Of a stretch of DNA of 64,000 bases, positions 1 through 11,635 are shown in pieces. The position numbers and the translations under genes are program-made. Source of the stretch: Dictyostelium discoideum (lineage: Eukaryota); contig CM000154.2 in assembly GCA_000004695.1 (NCBI GenBank), positions 1,856,001 through 1,920,000 of the forward strand, given 5' to 3'. Under the pieces are notes generated by a model that made no database searches, was not told the origin of the DNA, and saw only the letters and a list, made by a program, of their open reading frames with translations. The first letter of the stretch is position 1. Every line of letters begins with the position of its first letter.

Positions 1-21
1 AAAATAATTTTTTATTTTATT

Positions 22-2627
22 TTAAACAAACAAAATAATTAAAATTAAAAATAAAACAAGAGAAAATAATTGGCAAAATTTAAAATTATTAGAGTGATTA
101 TTTTCATCATTTTCGGAATGATTATTATTATTGGTATTGGTTTTATTATTACCATTTGGAATTGGAGTTGTTGATTTTGGATTTACAGAGGGAGATGGAG
201 ATTTAGAAATAAATGGAGACAAAGATGGAGATAAAGATGGAGATAAAGATGGTGATAAAGATGGAGATAAAGATGGTGATAAAGATGCAGACAAAGATGG
301 TGATGGAGAAATTGTTTCAAACGGTGTTTCAGTTTCTGGTGGACTCCATTCAAAAATTGTATCACCAACAGATTGGCCATTTATAGTTACGTTTATGAAT
401 GACTTTGGTTTATCACTTGTAATGGTATCATTTGTTACAATTAATGGTTCTAAAAAACATTCAAGTTTATTAGAATCGAAAACAACTATATCACCACAGT
501 TTCTAGAATCAATTGTAATACTGTTTAATTCATTCTCTGCAAAATTGGTTCCAGTTATTGTAACATTACCACCTTTAATTTGGTCAACTTTTGTAGTGGA
601 TAAAATAGTTGGTGGATTGTATGAAAGGGTTAATGGAGATGGGAGTTGTACATCGTCTACAATTAATATAACTAGATTATTTTTTCCACTACCTTTTGGT
701 GCCATACATTCTAATGTTGTTGGACTGGATATAGAAACAGAGTCACATGACTTTTCACCAACCATTATAGTAATTGTTGATTTACTATCAAAGAAAGAAC
801 CAACAATTGAAACACTACCGCCATCTGTATTTATAGAAGAGATTGATTTGCAAATTGGAAGAATTGAAATTTTGAAACCATTAGAATCACTAGATAAACC
901 ATCAACAACAATAATGGCATTGTTATCAAATTTAGCTGTTTCTGGAAGTGTGAATGATGCTACACCATTTTCAAGTGAATCTGCTTTAATAGCGCCATTG
1001 TTTAAAGTTAATTCCACAAGTGATGCATCAGAACCAAGGTTTCTACCCTTAATCTCTAAAATATTTTCTTTTTGGGTTGGTTCAAGTTCAAATGGTGGTT
1101 GATAACTAAAAGCAATTCTATATGGTTTATGAGTACCAAAAGTTACAACGGCAACCATTTTATTACCAGTACCAGAAGAAAGAGTACATGAAAGTTTTGA
1201 AACATCAATAATTACATCTGTACATTCAATTGGATTGGTTTTACCTGTATTTTCAATTTGAATACTTGGTTTAACACCTGATGGATTCAAATAAAATCCA
1301 GATATTTCAAATGGTCCACCTTCCGTTGGGGCAAGTGTTAATGGTTCAGTTAAAACTGGAGTTGTGGTAAAATCAAGTTTATTTGAAATATCTTTATTAT
1401 TAGAAACAACAAAACTGCCACTGAAAATTTTTGAAGGTAGGGTAAATACCAAAACATTCTGAGCATTATCATCATCAGTTGGACTAATGGTGTTTTCTTG
1501 ATTTTTTTGATCAGTGATAATAATTTTTGAAGTACCCATCGTACCAAGACTTGTTCCTTCAATTGTAAAGTTAGTACCAGTTTGCTTAATATTTAAAATT
1601 TTTGGAATACCATAGGAATATTCTAAAACATTGGAATTGGAAATATTATCAATATTAATTGAAACCTTCAATTTTTTTATTCCACCTTTTGCAGTAGAGT
1701 GTGGTAATTTACAAATAATTTCACTTGAAATTTGGCTAATAATATCACAATGATAAGATCCAATGGTAATAGAGGTTTTTGATGTATCACCTGATGCACC
1801 CTTTAAGCATTTACCAGTTATTGTTACAACACCACCAATCACTGGAACGGAATTTATTGATAAAGGTAAAGGAGTAAACTTTAGTTGAGAAAGAGATGAA
1901 GATAAACCATTCACATCAACTTTAACAGATAAGGATTGGGTTAATTTTGGTTCATAATTAAATACAATTAAATCATTATTAACTGATACAATTGATGAAG
2001 CTGTTAATACTTGACTTCCCAACTCAATCTTTATTAATCTTTTATCAGTGTAAAAATTAGAACCACTTATTTTAAATTGACCATTTGATGATGATTCAAT
2101 TTTATGGATAGACGGGGCAGCAAAATTTAATTTGAAGGTTGAAGTTCCCAATTGAACACTGAATGAACCAGATCCACCCAAGTTTTTAACATTAAATTTA
2201 GTTGCATCTTTTGGAATTGGTGGATCTAAATTTAATTTTTTGGTTTTACCACCAATAATTACATTTAAAGTTTTTACATCATACCCAAATCTCAAAAAAT
2301 TACCAGTTACCAATGATAACCCAGGTTCAGTTGATGGTGTAAATTTCAAATCTCTTGGCGGAGGTATTGGCAAACCAATCATTGGATGCTCAGTTGTTTT
2401 ATCTTTTCCATCCATATATTTCCCATTGAATGTAAGAGTTGAACCAATTAATTTTGTAAAATCTAAATCTTTTGATTTACAAATACAACCATCTTTACCC
2501 TTTCTAGTACATGTAAACAATATTTTTACAGTTGGACAACTCTTATCTGTCAATATAATATTTGTTAAGAATTTATCAACTTTACTTCCAACATATACTA
2601 ATTTCTTTCCTTCAACAGAAACATTAA
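22..2627 (-). CDS. IPT/TIG-repeat cell-surface glycoprotein (Tgr/tiger-like), exon 2 of 2. Ends with a (SPSLSP)n stalk and a hydrophobic C-terminal tail (GPI/TM-like).
   Basis: Long minus ORF with several TIG-like repeats (GxxxTITGxxLxG...SxExxCxLP). Acceptor ...attattag|TT maps at 2628-2629, phase 1. It is a paralogue of the ORF at 3437-5925 (aligned: VSVEGKKLVYVGSKVDKF vs LSVKGKKLIYTGANVDFK). The ORF-track 'M' at 2553 is a TTG. Confidence 0.75.
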
Positions 2628-2717
2628 CTAATAATTTTGAAAAAAAAAAAAAAAAAAATAAATAAATAATTAAATTTACAATAATACTTTAAAATTTAAT
2701 TTACAACAATAACTTAC

Positions 2718-2775
2718 ATCCAGCCTTAATTAAATTAAAAAAAGATATAATTACCAATAAATATAGTATTTTCAT
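2718..2775 (-). CDS. Exon 1 (signal peptide MKILYLLVIISFFNLIKAG) of the IPT/TIG glycoprotein gene at 22-2627.
   Basis: ATG at 2775-2773, a hydrophobic leader, then donor GTAAGT at 2717-2712 (phase 1). It joins in frame to the acceptor at 2628-2629 and gives ...AG|F|NVSVEGKK. Confidence 0.6.
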
Positions 2776-3436
2776 TTTATTAATTAAAAAAAAAAAAAAA
2801 AAAAAATTAAATTCTATAAATATAAAAATTTTCATGTACACCAATTTTTTTTTTTTAAAAATTAATAAAGTAATATTAAATAAAATAAAATAAAATTTAA
2901 TAAAATAAAATATTTGATAGATTTAAGGATTGGTTTAAAAAAATACTTGGTAGAAATTAAAGACGAATTGTCCGTTTATTATTTGATATCTTTCTATTGC
3001 CATTTTCAATTTATCATATTAAATTTTAAAATATAAACAAATTCTGCATTTTTCTGAAAAATAATATGTTTACCTCATCTTTTATTCATTTATTATTGTC
3101 AAAAAAAAAAAAAAAAAATAAAAAAAAATAAAAAAAAAAAACTACCACTAACCACTAATTAAAGAAATATTTTTTTTCATAATCTTAATTAAGATTATAT
3201 GAGTTTTTATTTATTTACATCTTTATATAATATTTTATAATATCATTTTATATATATATATTTTATTATTATCATTATCATTATTATTATTTTTATTATT
3301 ATTATTATTTTTTTTTTTTATTTTTTTTTTTATTTTTTATTTTTTTATTATTATTATCTTTATTATTATTGTTAGATTTTTTTTTTATTTTTTTTTTTTT
3401 TTTTATTTTTTTTTTTATTTTTTTTTTTGGTTATTT

Positions 3437-5925
3437 TTAAATTATTTGGATTAGTAATAATAATGAGAAAATTAAAATTAATGAATTAGAAATTTTAGAA
3501 GAACTATTTTCAATGTGTTTATCTATTGGAGATGTTGTTGGTTTTTCAGTTGGTTTTTCAGTTGGTTTTTCAGTTGGTTTTATAGTTGGTGCTAATGTTG
3601 GTTTAGGAGTTTCAGTATTGAGTGCTTCATTATCATATTCAAATACTTCACCATTAGCAGATTGACCATTTACAGTAACATTTACGGCCAATTTCTTATT
3701 TGTTAATGAAGGATCTATTGTTGATTTTGAAATTGAACAAGTAAGTTTGGTTGAATCTATTACAGAAACATCTTCACATGATTTACTTCCAACATTTACT
3801 GTAATCAAAGTATTTTCAAAATTGGTACCATAAATAGTAACTTGACCACCTTCAACTTGTTTTACACTTGTTGATGACATAATGGTTGGTGGACTATAAT
3901 CTAAAAACAATGGTGGTGATAATTTTGATTCAGCATCTTTAACCATGAATGAAACAGCATTTTTAATACCACTTCCTGGTGGAGCAGAGCAAGTAAGTGT
4001 TTGGGTATCTACAATAGTCAAAGAATCACATGAATGATTTCCAACCATAATTTTCAAACCAGTGTCCTTTTTATTAAAGAATGAACCTTTAATTGTCACA
4101 GTTGATCCAGAGGTTTGTGATTGAGTAATTGATTTGACAACTGGTTGAAGCTCGACATCAAGTTGGTCAGAGTCTGAGTTTTTAATACCATCAACTGAAA
4201 TGGTGGCATATGAATCACTCAATAATGTACTTGGCAAATCGAATGAAACAGTACCATTTTCAAGAGAGGAAGCTAACAGTTCGTTTCCGTTCATGTCTAA
4301 CTTTATATATTTTGAATTTGGACCAAGGTTTTTGCCACTAATTTGTAATTTATTATCAGACATTTGTTTTGCGACTAAAGAACTTGGGGATTGGTAGTTA
4401 AAATCTAGTGGAATTGAGTTTTCACCAATAACAATTGTAGATTTAATTGAACCACATCCTGGTGCAAGTTTACAAGTAGCAGATGATGAATCTGGACTAA
4501 TTAAGAAATCTGAACAATCAACACTTTGATTTCTTGCATCCAAAAGGGAAATAGTTGCTTTTGCTTTTGAATCAAGATAACCACCGATGAAATTAATTTC
4601 TTGACCATCTGTTGATGGGAGAGCTTTTAAATTAGAAATAAATGGTGTTGGTGTGACATCAAAATTATTTGAAGTATCTTGACCATCATAGACTGTAACT
4701 GCACTCTTTGATGAGTTTGTTGGTAAGTTAAATGTTAAATAAGATTCCTTTTCATCATCAAAACCTACAACAGAAAGGTCAAATGGGGTTGGAGAGCCAC
4801 CTGTTGCAACACGAATAACTGAATCGGTTTTACCCAAGTTTGAACCGGTAATAGTGAATAAAGATGCTCCTGGTTTTTGGTCAATTTTGGTAATTTGTGG
4901 TATTCCATAAGAGTATAATAATTGATTGGTATTTTTAATACCATCTATAGTAATAACAACTTTTAGATCCTTTGAACCATTCTCTTTTGAAGCAGGTGGT
5001 AATTGACACATTATTTCTGTTGATATTTGAGCACCAACAACAGCACATGTGTATGCACCTACTAAAACAGATGTAACAGATGGACCAGATCCTTTTAAGC
5101 ATTTACCAGAGATAGTGATTAGACCACCAGTTCCTTTAGAAACAGATTTATCAATTGCTTGAGGATATGAAGGGATTGTAACATAATAAGCAGCAGTTTG
5201 GGAATTACCACCGACAGTAATAAGTAACGATGAGTTTGAAGAATATTTTGAATCATAGTCAATTAAAATTTTTGATGTATCACTTGAAGTAATTGAAGCA
5301 CTAAGATCATCCTCACCCAATTTTACACTGATAACCTTTTTATCGATCCAAAAGTTTTGACCACTGATTGAAATTTGATTATTTGTAATTGCCACTGCGG
5401 AAACAACTGGTCTAGAAAAGTTTACCGGAAAACTCATAGAACCAAATGTAACTTTCATTGAACCATAACCACCTGGACTTTTAACCATTATTTTGGTTGC
5501 GTCAGTATTTGATGAAACACCCAATGACACTGGTTTTGAATTGTAAACACCAGGAAGAGTTGTAACATCTTCACCAAATAATAAGAAATCTCCAGTCATA
5601 AGAGCAGCTGTACCAGCCATTGTTGGTGGTTCCCATTTAACCTCAGTTGGTAATGGTAGTGGAATTTGATTGGCTTTAATATCATAGGCAATTACTATAT
5701 TTGGGGTTTTTAAATTTGCTCCCCTTAGAGTTAATTTTCCAGCTAATTTTGTAAAGTCCATATCCATACTCGTACAAACAGGGCTATTGGCAGATGGAAT
5801 TTCACAAGTGAATGTAATTGAGTAATCTGGTAATATTTTTTGGGAAGTTAACAAAATTTCAGTAATTTTGAAATCTACATTGGCACCAGTATATATTAAC
5901 TTTTTTCCTTTAACAGATAAAGTAT
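3437..5925 (-). CDS. IPT/TIG-repeat cell-surface glycoprotein (Tgr/tiger-like paralogue), exon 2 of 2. Has a (PTEK)n stalk and a hydrophobic C-terminal tail.
   Basis: Minus ORF with classic TIG repeats (e.g. GGLITISGKCLKG...YTCAVV...STEIMCQLPP). The open frame extends upstream of the TTG shown as 'M' at 5854, to acceptor aaaaaaag|AT at 5926-5927. Confidence 0.75.
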
Positions 5926-6080
5926 CTTTTTTTAAATGTTTAAAAAATATATTAAAAAAAAAAAAAAAAAAATTATTAGTAATCTATTTTTAATCTATTT
6001 TTTTTTTTTTTTTTTATTATTATATTTAAATTTTTTTATTTATTTTATTTTTTAATATTATTTTTTGATTTAAAACTTAC

Positions 6081-6153
6081 AACCAGCATCAACAATATTA
6101 AATATTGTTAGTGATAGAATAAAAAATAAAAATAAAATTTTATTTATTAACAT
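6081..6153 (-). CDS. Exon 1 (signal peptide MLINKILFLFFILSLTIFNIVDAG) of the IPT/TIG glycoprotein gene at 3437-5925.
   Basis: ATG at 6153, a hydrophobic leader, then donor GTAAGT at 6080-6075 (phase 1). It joins the acceptor at 5926-5927 and gives ...DAG|Y|TLSVKGKK, parallel to its paralogue. Confidence 0.6.
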
Positions 6154-6302
6154 TTTTTTAAATTAAAAAAATATATATTAGTAAAAGTAATATATATATT
6201 ATATATTATATATTATTAATTTTAATAAAATGAAAAATATATAATGAAATTATAATATAATAACTTTTTTTTTATTCTTTTTTTTTTTTTTTTATTTTTT
6301 TT

Positions 6303-6333
<31 letters not shown>

Positions 6334-7380
6334 TTATTATTATTATTTTTATTTATTTTTTTATTTATTTTTATTTTTATTTTAATAAAATTGAAAATAA
6401 TTATTATTCTAACTGCTATAAATGATTTTGTATTATTTTTTATATGAACTGAGGATTCAAAAAACCCATTAAACACACAGCATACAAACTCTATCAAACA
6501 GCATGCATTTACACCCACTTTCAAACAAATACAAATATATTTTTTTACCACAAAAAAAAAAAAACACATTATATTAATCTAGATTTATATGGTATTCAAA
6601 AACAACATTATTTTTTTTTTCTATTTTAGGAATCTATCTTAATGTTGTCAAATTTTTTAATTGAATATTGTTCTATTTTTGTCTCCAAAAAAAAAAAAAT
6701 AAAAAAAATAAAATAAAAAAAAAAAAAACAACACAAAACATGATTACTTTACTTTTTTTTTTTTTTTTTCTCCAAACACTACAAATCAAAAAAAAAAAAA
6801 AAAATAAATAAAAATAAAAAAAAATTAAAAATACTTGAAAATAACACATACCAAAAAAAGACATTGAAAAAAAAAAATTATGTGTGGAGAGAGCGTTAAA
6901 ATAATTAAAATATTGATTATTTGAATAACTGACCACCACACTCACCACCACACCATTGGTTAATATTAAAAAAAAAAAATTCTCCATTGTTTGGATAAAA
7001 AAAAACAACCGCCAAATTAATTTTTTGAAATTAAGTAAAAGTAAATAAAAACATAAAAAAGAGATAATTACCAAAAATTAATTTTATCTGAACATTTCTA
7101 TTATTTAATTAATATTTAGCACCCAAACCAATTTAAAAATTTTAATTAATAATTAAATATTTGAAAAATTTGTTATTTTATTTAAAATTTTAAAAAGAAT
7201 TGTAATTTTTAAAATAATTTTAAAATTAATTATTTAATTAATTATTATTTTAATTTTTTGATTATAATAAATATTCTCCAACCAATAATTAAATATTATT
7301 TAAATAATTTTTTAAATGATAATTAATAGTAATAAAAAAAAAATTCAGATTCCCTATAAATCTTTTTTTTTAATAATTTA

Positions 7381-7410
7381 AGTTCATTGGACTTAAATTT
7401 ACTATGTTTG
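7381..7410 (+). promoter_or_regulatory. Conserved motif (GGACTT)AAATTTACTATGTTTG, about 210 bp upstream of the ATG at 7605. It recurs at 8701-8730 (222 bp upstream of the ATG at 8937) and at 56681-56705 (230 bp upstream of the ATG at 56921).
   Basis: Exact 14-mer ATTTACTATGTTTG seen 3 times, always on the + strand and at a near-constant distance from a + strand start codon. Confidence 0.35.
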
Positions 7411-7604
7411 AAAAAAATGATGACGGTGTACCCCCAAAGATAAAAATAAAAATAAATATTTATTTTTATTTTTATATTTTTATTTTTAATTTTTTTTTTA
7501 TTTATTTTATTACTATAATTATTATAATTATTATTATTATTATTATTATAAATTAATTATTATTACTATTATTAATTATATAGTAAATATTATTCTTTGG
7601 AAAA

Positions 7605-7994
7605 ATGGGTGTAGGTGATAATGAAAATCCAATTGTTAGTTTTAAGTTTATTGTAACATCATTATTAACAAAATTAATTGGTAGATACTTTAAAGAATTT
7701 GGTTATACTGAATTTATTTACTATTCAATTTTTTTTTTTGGTCAAAAGATAAAATATTTTCAAAGGGATCCCGATGAAAAACCATCAATTTTAAAGATGA
7801 TACTTCCACTAATCTTTATGATTTTAAATGTGATTTTTGCAGTTTATTATTTCAATGAAGATTGTAAAGAAATTATTTCAAAAAATAATGACCCCAATTT
7901 ATTTATTGGATTAATATTACTTAAATATTTATTTCATAATAATAATATTACACATGTTATGATTCATATTACTGATATTTATTTAAATGCTATT
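7605..7994 (+). CDS. Small multi-pass membrane protein, copy 1, exon 1 (hydrophobic segments).
   Basis: ORF MGVGDNENPIVSF... ends at codon ...NAI followed by GTAAAT (phase 0). The paralogue at 8937 has GTAAGT at the same position. Confidence 0.6.
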
Positions 7995-8117
7995 GTAAAT
8001 ATAATATAATTTTTTTTTTTTCAAAAAAAAAAAAAAAAAAAAAAAAACACAAAAACACAAAAAAACAAAAACACAAAAACAAAAAAACTTATAATTCTTT
8101 ATTATTTAATTATTTAG

Positions 8118-8336
8118 AAATTTATTGAAATTATAAAACTAATGATAAAAGAAATAATACTAAATTATTATGCAAAAATGAATAAACAATTAACAAAAAA
8201 ACCATTTGAAAATTTAGATGGTGCTGGTGGAGATGATAGTGGTGAAGATGACTATTTTGAAGAAATAATGTGTGTAAACAAAGGTGAAAAAGAAGAATAT
8301 TATGAAAGTAGAAAATTAAAACAAAAAATAAATTAA
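8118..8336 (+). CDS. Small membrane protein, copy 1, exon 2 (acidic tail ...DGAGGDDSGEDDYFEEIMCVNKGEKEEYYESRKLKQKIN).
   Basis: Acceptor tatttag at 8116-8117, phase 0, in frame with exon 1. The exon is nearly identical to 9402-9623 at the protein level. Confidence 0.55.
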   Translation, partial: KFIEIIKLMIKEIILNYYAKMNKQLTKKPFENLDGAGGDDSGEDDYFEEIMCVNKGEKEEYYESRKLKQKIN

Positions 8337-8936
8337 TAAACTTTTTAAAAAAAAAAAATTTTAAAAATTAAACTATCCATAAATTCAAAAAAAAAAACTC
8401 TCGATTGTTTGAATAATAAAAAAAAAAACAGCCGCCAATTTAAATGTTTGCCATTAAGTAAAAAGTAAAAAATTAATTATTATTTGATAATAAATATTGT
8501 TTAAACTATTATTATTTTTTTTTTAAAATGAAAAAAAATATCATATATTAAAATGTAAATAGCCCAAGTTGGCCCATTTTTTGTAAAAGATATTTTTAAA
8601 TGGGAATTCATAAAAAAATAATTTAATAATTTTTAAATTTAAAAAAGTGCGCAAACTCGGACGATTTGTAATAAAATCTTTTTTTTTAAAAAATTTAAGT
8701 TCATTGGACTTAAATTTACTATGTTTGAAAATAAATTATGACCGTGTAATACCAAAAAAATTAAAATATAAAAATAAAATTTTATTTTTATATTTTAATT
8801 TTTTTTTTTTTTTTTTTTTTTTTTTGTAATTATTTTAATTATTTTTGTTATTACTATTATAATTATTATTATTATTTTAAATTTATTATTATAAATTTAT
8901 TATTAAATTATTAATTAAATATTATTTTTTTGAAAA

Positions 8937-9326
8937 ATGGTTCTAGGGGATAATGAAAACACAATTGTTAGTTCCAAGCTAATTTTAACAACATTGACAA
9001 CAAAATTAATTAGTAGATACTTTAAGAAAGAATTTAAATTTAGTTATTTTATTTACTGTTTAGTTTATATTATTGGTAAAAATATAAAATTTTTTAGAAG
9101 GGATCCAGATAAAAAACCATCAATTTTAAAGATGAATTTTCTACTATTGTTTGTCTTTTCAAATGTGCTCTCTGGGGTTTATTATTTGTATCAAGATTGT
9201 AATGAAATTTTTTCAAAAAACAATGACCCTGATTTATATTTAATTGGATTGATATTACTTATTTTTCAAGATGATAGTTTTCCACATGTTTTTATTCATA
9301 TTACTGATCTTTATTTAAATATTACT
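8937..9326 (+). CDS. Small multi-pass membrane protein, copy 2, exon 1.
   Basis: ORF MVLGDNENTIVSSKLILTT... is paralogous to 7605-7994. Donor ...NIT|GTAAGT. Confidence 0.6.
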
Positions 9327-9401
9327 GTAAGTATAATATAAAAAAAAAAAAAAAAAAAAAAAAAAACACAAAAACTAATAATTCTTTATTATTATATTTA
9401 G

Positions 9402-9623
9402 AAATTTATTGAAATTAGAAAACAAAGAAAAAAAGAAAAAAAATTAAATAAAAAGGCAGAGATGCACAAAAAATTACAAAAAAAACCATTTGAAAAAGAT
9501 TTGGACGGTGCTGGTGGAGATGATAGTGGTGAAGATGACTATTTTGAAGAAATAATGTGTGTAAATAAAGGTGAAAAAGAAGAATATTATGAAAGTAGAA
9601 AATTAAAACAAAAAAAAAATTAA
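9402..9623 (+). CDS. Small membrane protein, copy 2, exon 2 (acidic tail).
   Basis: Acceptor ttag at 9400-9401. Reads KFIEIRKQRKK...KKPFEKDLDGAGGDDSGEDDYFEEIMCVNKGEKEEYYESRKLKQKKN*. Confidence 0.55.
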   Translation, partial: KFIEIRKQRKKEKKLNKKAEMHKKLQKKPFEKDLDGAGGDDSGEDDYFEEIMCVNKGEKEEYYESRKLKQKKN

Positions 9624-9757
9624 TAAACTTTTTAAAAAAAAAAAGAAAAAATATATTAAAAAATTAAATTGTCGGTCAATTAAATAAAAAATTCTAAAGG
9701 GAATCTATTTTAATTTTCAAAAAAAAAAAAAAAAAAAAAATATTATAAAAATGATTT

Positions 9758-9794
<37 letters not shown>

Positions 9795-9899
9795 CAAACC
9801 GTCATATAAATAGATTTTTAATTTTAATTTTTTTTTTTTTTTGATTAGTTTGTTTTTTTTTTTTTTTCTTTTGGAAAATATTAAAAAAAAAGATAAAAA

Positions 9900-10424
9900 A
9901 TGCCATTACATATTGTTGATAAACATAAAAGTTTATATGATAACTATGTTCAATCAGCAACAACCGAAGAGATAGCAAAATTTAAACTTGCTGATGATCC
10001 AAATGAACCAGAAACAATTAAAAAACTAATAATGGATGAATTATTATTGGATGGTAATTCTAAACAAAATTTAGCAACATTTTGTCAAACTGATCTCGAC
10101 AAAAACATTCATTCAATTATGGATAAATGTATAGATAAGAATATGATCGATAAGGATGAATATCCACAAAGTGCTGAAATTGAAAATCGTTGCCTTCATA
10201 TTTTAGCAGATTTATGGAATGCTCCAGATAGCTCAGACACTATTGGTTGTTCAACAACTGGTTCAAGTGAAGCTGCAATGTTAGGAGGTTTAGCATTAAA
10301 ATGGAATTGGAGAGAAAATAGAAAAAAACTTGGTTTACCTTATGATAAACCAAATATTGTTACTGGTCCAGTTCAAATTTGTTGGCATAAATTTGCTTTA
10401 TATTTTGATATTGAAATTAGAGAA
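9900..10424 (+). CDS. gad: Glutamate decarboxylase (PLP-dependent, group II), exon 1.
   Basis: Strong similarity to bacterial GadA/GadB (..[50 protein letters not shown]). Donor GTAATT after ...IRE at 10425. Confidence 0.85.
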
Positions 10425-10520
10425 GTAATTATTAATAATTATTTAATTTAATATTTAATATATTTAAAAACTCATATTAATATATATATATTTTATTTTT
10501 TATCTTATTTTTTTAAAAAG

Positions 10521-11387
10521 ATTCCAATGGAAAATGGTCGTTATGTTATGAATTCAGAAGAAGTTTTGAAAAGAGTCGATGAAAACACAATTGGTGTGAT
10601 TCCAACTCTTGGTGTAACATTTACATTACAATATGAAGATGTTTTTTCTATTAGTAATGCACTTGATAAATTTGAAAAAGAAAGTGGTATTAATATTCCA
10701 ATTCATGTTGATGCAGCAAGTGGTGGATTTGTAGCACCATTTATTCAACAAGAGATTATATGGGATTTTAGATTACCACGTGTTAAATCAATTAATGCAT
10801 CAGGACACAAATTTGGTTTATCACCATTGGGTGTTGGTTGGGTGGTATGGAGAGAAAAGAAAGATCTTCATAAGGATTTAGTATTCAATGTGAATTATTT
10901 GGGTGGTAATATGTCAACATTTTCATTGAATTTCTCACGTCCAGGTGGGCAAATAATAGCGCAATATTATAATTTTTTACGTCATGGTCGTAATGGGTAT
11001 ACATTAATTCAAGATGCTTGTGCACAGCAAGGTATTTTCATCGGCAAAGAGTTAAAGAAAATGGGAATTTTTGATTTAATTTATGATGGTACTGGTGCAC
11101 TCCCAGGTGTTTGTTGGACAATTAGTAAGAATTTACCCTCTGAACCATTATTTAATCTTTATGATTTATCTGAAAAGTTAAGAAGTAGAGGTTGGCAAGT
11201 TGCATCTTATTCTTTACCATCATCAATGAATGATGTAGTTGTATCACGTGTTGTAATTCGTCATGGTTTCTCTAGAGATTTATCTTCATTATTCGTTAAA
11301 GATGTTCAAAATGCAATTGAATACTTCCAAAAACATCCAATTTTAAGAAGTTTAGAAAAAGATGAAGGTGAAAATTTCCATCATTAA
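10521..11387 (+). CDS. gad: Glutamate decarboxylase, exon 2.
   Basis: Acceptor ...aaaaag|ATT CCA ATG... Continues [42 protein letters not shown] (HK is the PLP-lysine motif), collinear with E. coli GadB. Confidence 0.85.
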   Translation: MPMENGRYVMNSEEVLKRVDENTIGVIPTLGVTFTLQYEDVFSISNALDKFEKESGINIPIHVDAASGGFVAPFIQQEIIWDFRLPRVKSINASGHKFGLSPLGVGWVVWREKKDLHKDLVFNVNYLGGNMSTFSLNFSRPGGQIIAQYYNFLRHGRNGYTLIQDACAQQGIFIGKELKKMGIFDLIYDGTGALPGVCWTISKNLPSEPLFNLYDLSEKLRSRGWQVASYSLPSSMNDVVVSRVVIRHGFSRDLSSLFVKDVQNAIEYFQKHPILRSLEKDEGENFHH

Positions 11388-11635
11388 AAATAATATTATT
11401 ATATATTTATTAATAATATAAGAAATAAATATAAATTTATATTATTAAATTAATTTTTTTTTTTTTTATTAATTCTTTTTTTTATTTTTTTTTTTTATTT
11501 TTTTTATTTTTTTACTATTTCAATATGAATTAACTATAATAAAATGAAAATGAAAAATGAAAATAATAATATAAAAATAGTAATTATTATTATTATTTTT
11601 TTTTTTTCCACTATATCTTATTTTTTTAAAAAAAT

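Larger units (their letters stand above)
6625..9700. repeat. Tandem direct duplication (2 units of about 1.35-1.4 kb, plus the truncated start of a third). Each unit holds a two-exon small membrane-protein gene and conserved upstream non-coding blocks.
   Basis: Paralogous ORFs at 7605-8009 and 8937-9341, and paralogous second exons at 8118-8336 and 9402-9623. Conserved non-coding blocks at about 6975-7045 vs 8395-8470 and 7377-7440 vs 8696-8760. The motif 'ggaatctat' sits at both array ends (about 6625 and 9700). Confidence 0.7.

Noticed and set aside
131-2665. Plus-strand ORFs (131-1102, 183-380 minus, 1350-1562, 2240-2665, 4200-4397) overlapping the IPT/TIG genes.
   Set aside because: They are antisense or alternative-frame readings of the large minus-strand coding regions (e.g. 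DKDGDKDG is the reverse frame of SPSLSP). They have no independent support.
6309-7074. ORFs 6309-6569 and 6673-7074 (minus), poly-K/poly-F proteins.
   Set aside because: Translations of A/T homopolymer-rich intergenic DNA and of the conserved upstream blocks of the tandem duplication, not genes.
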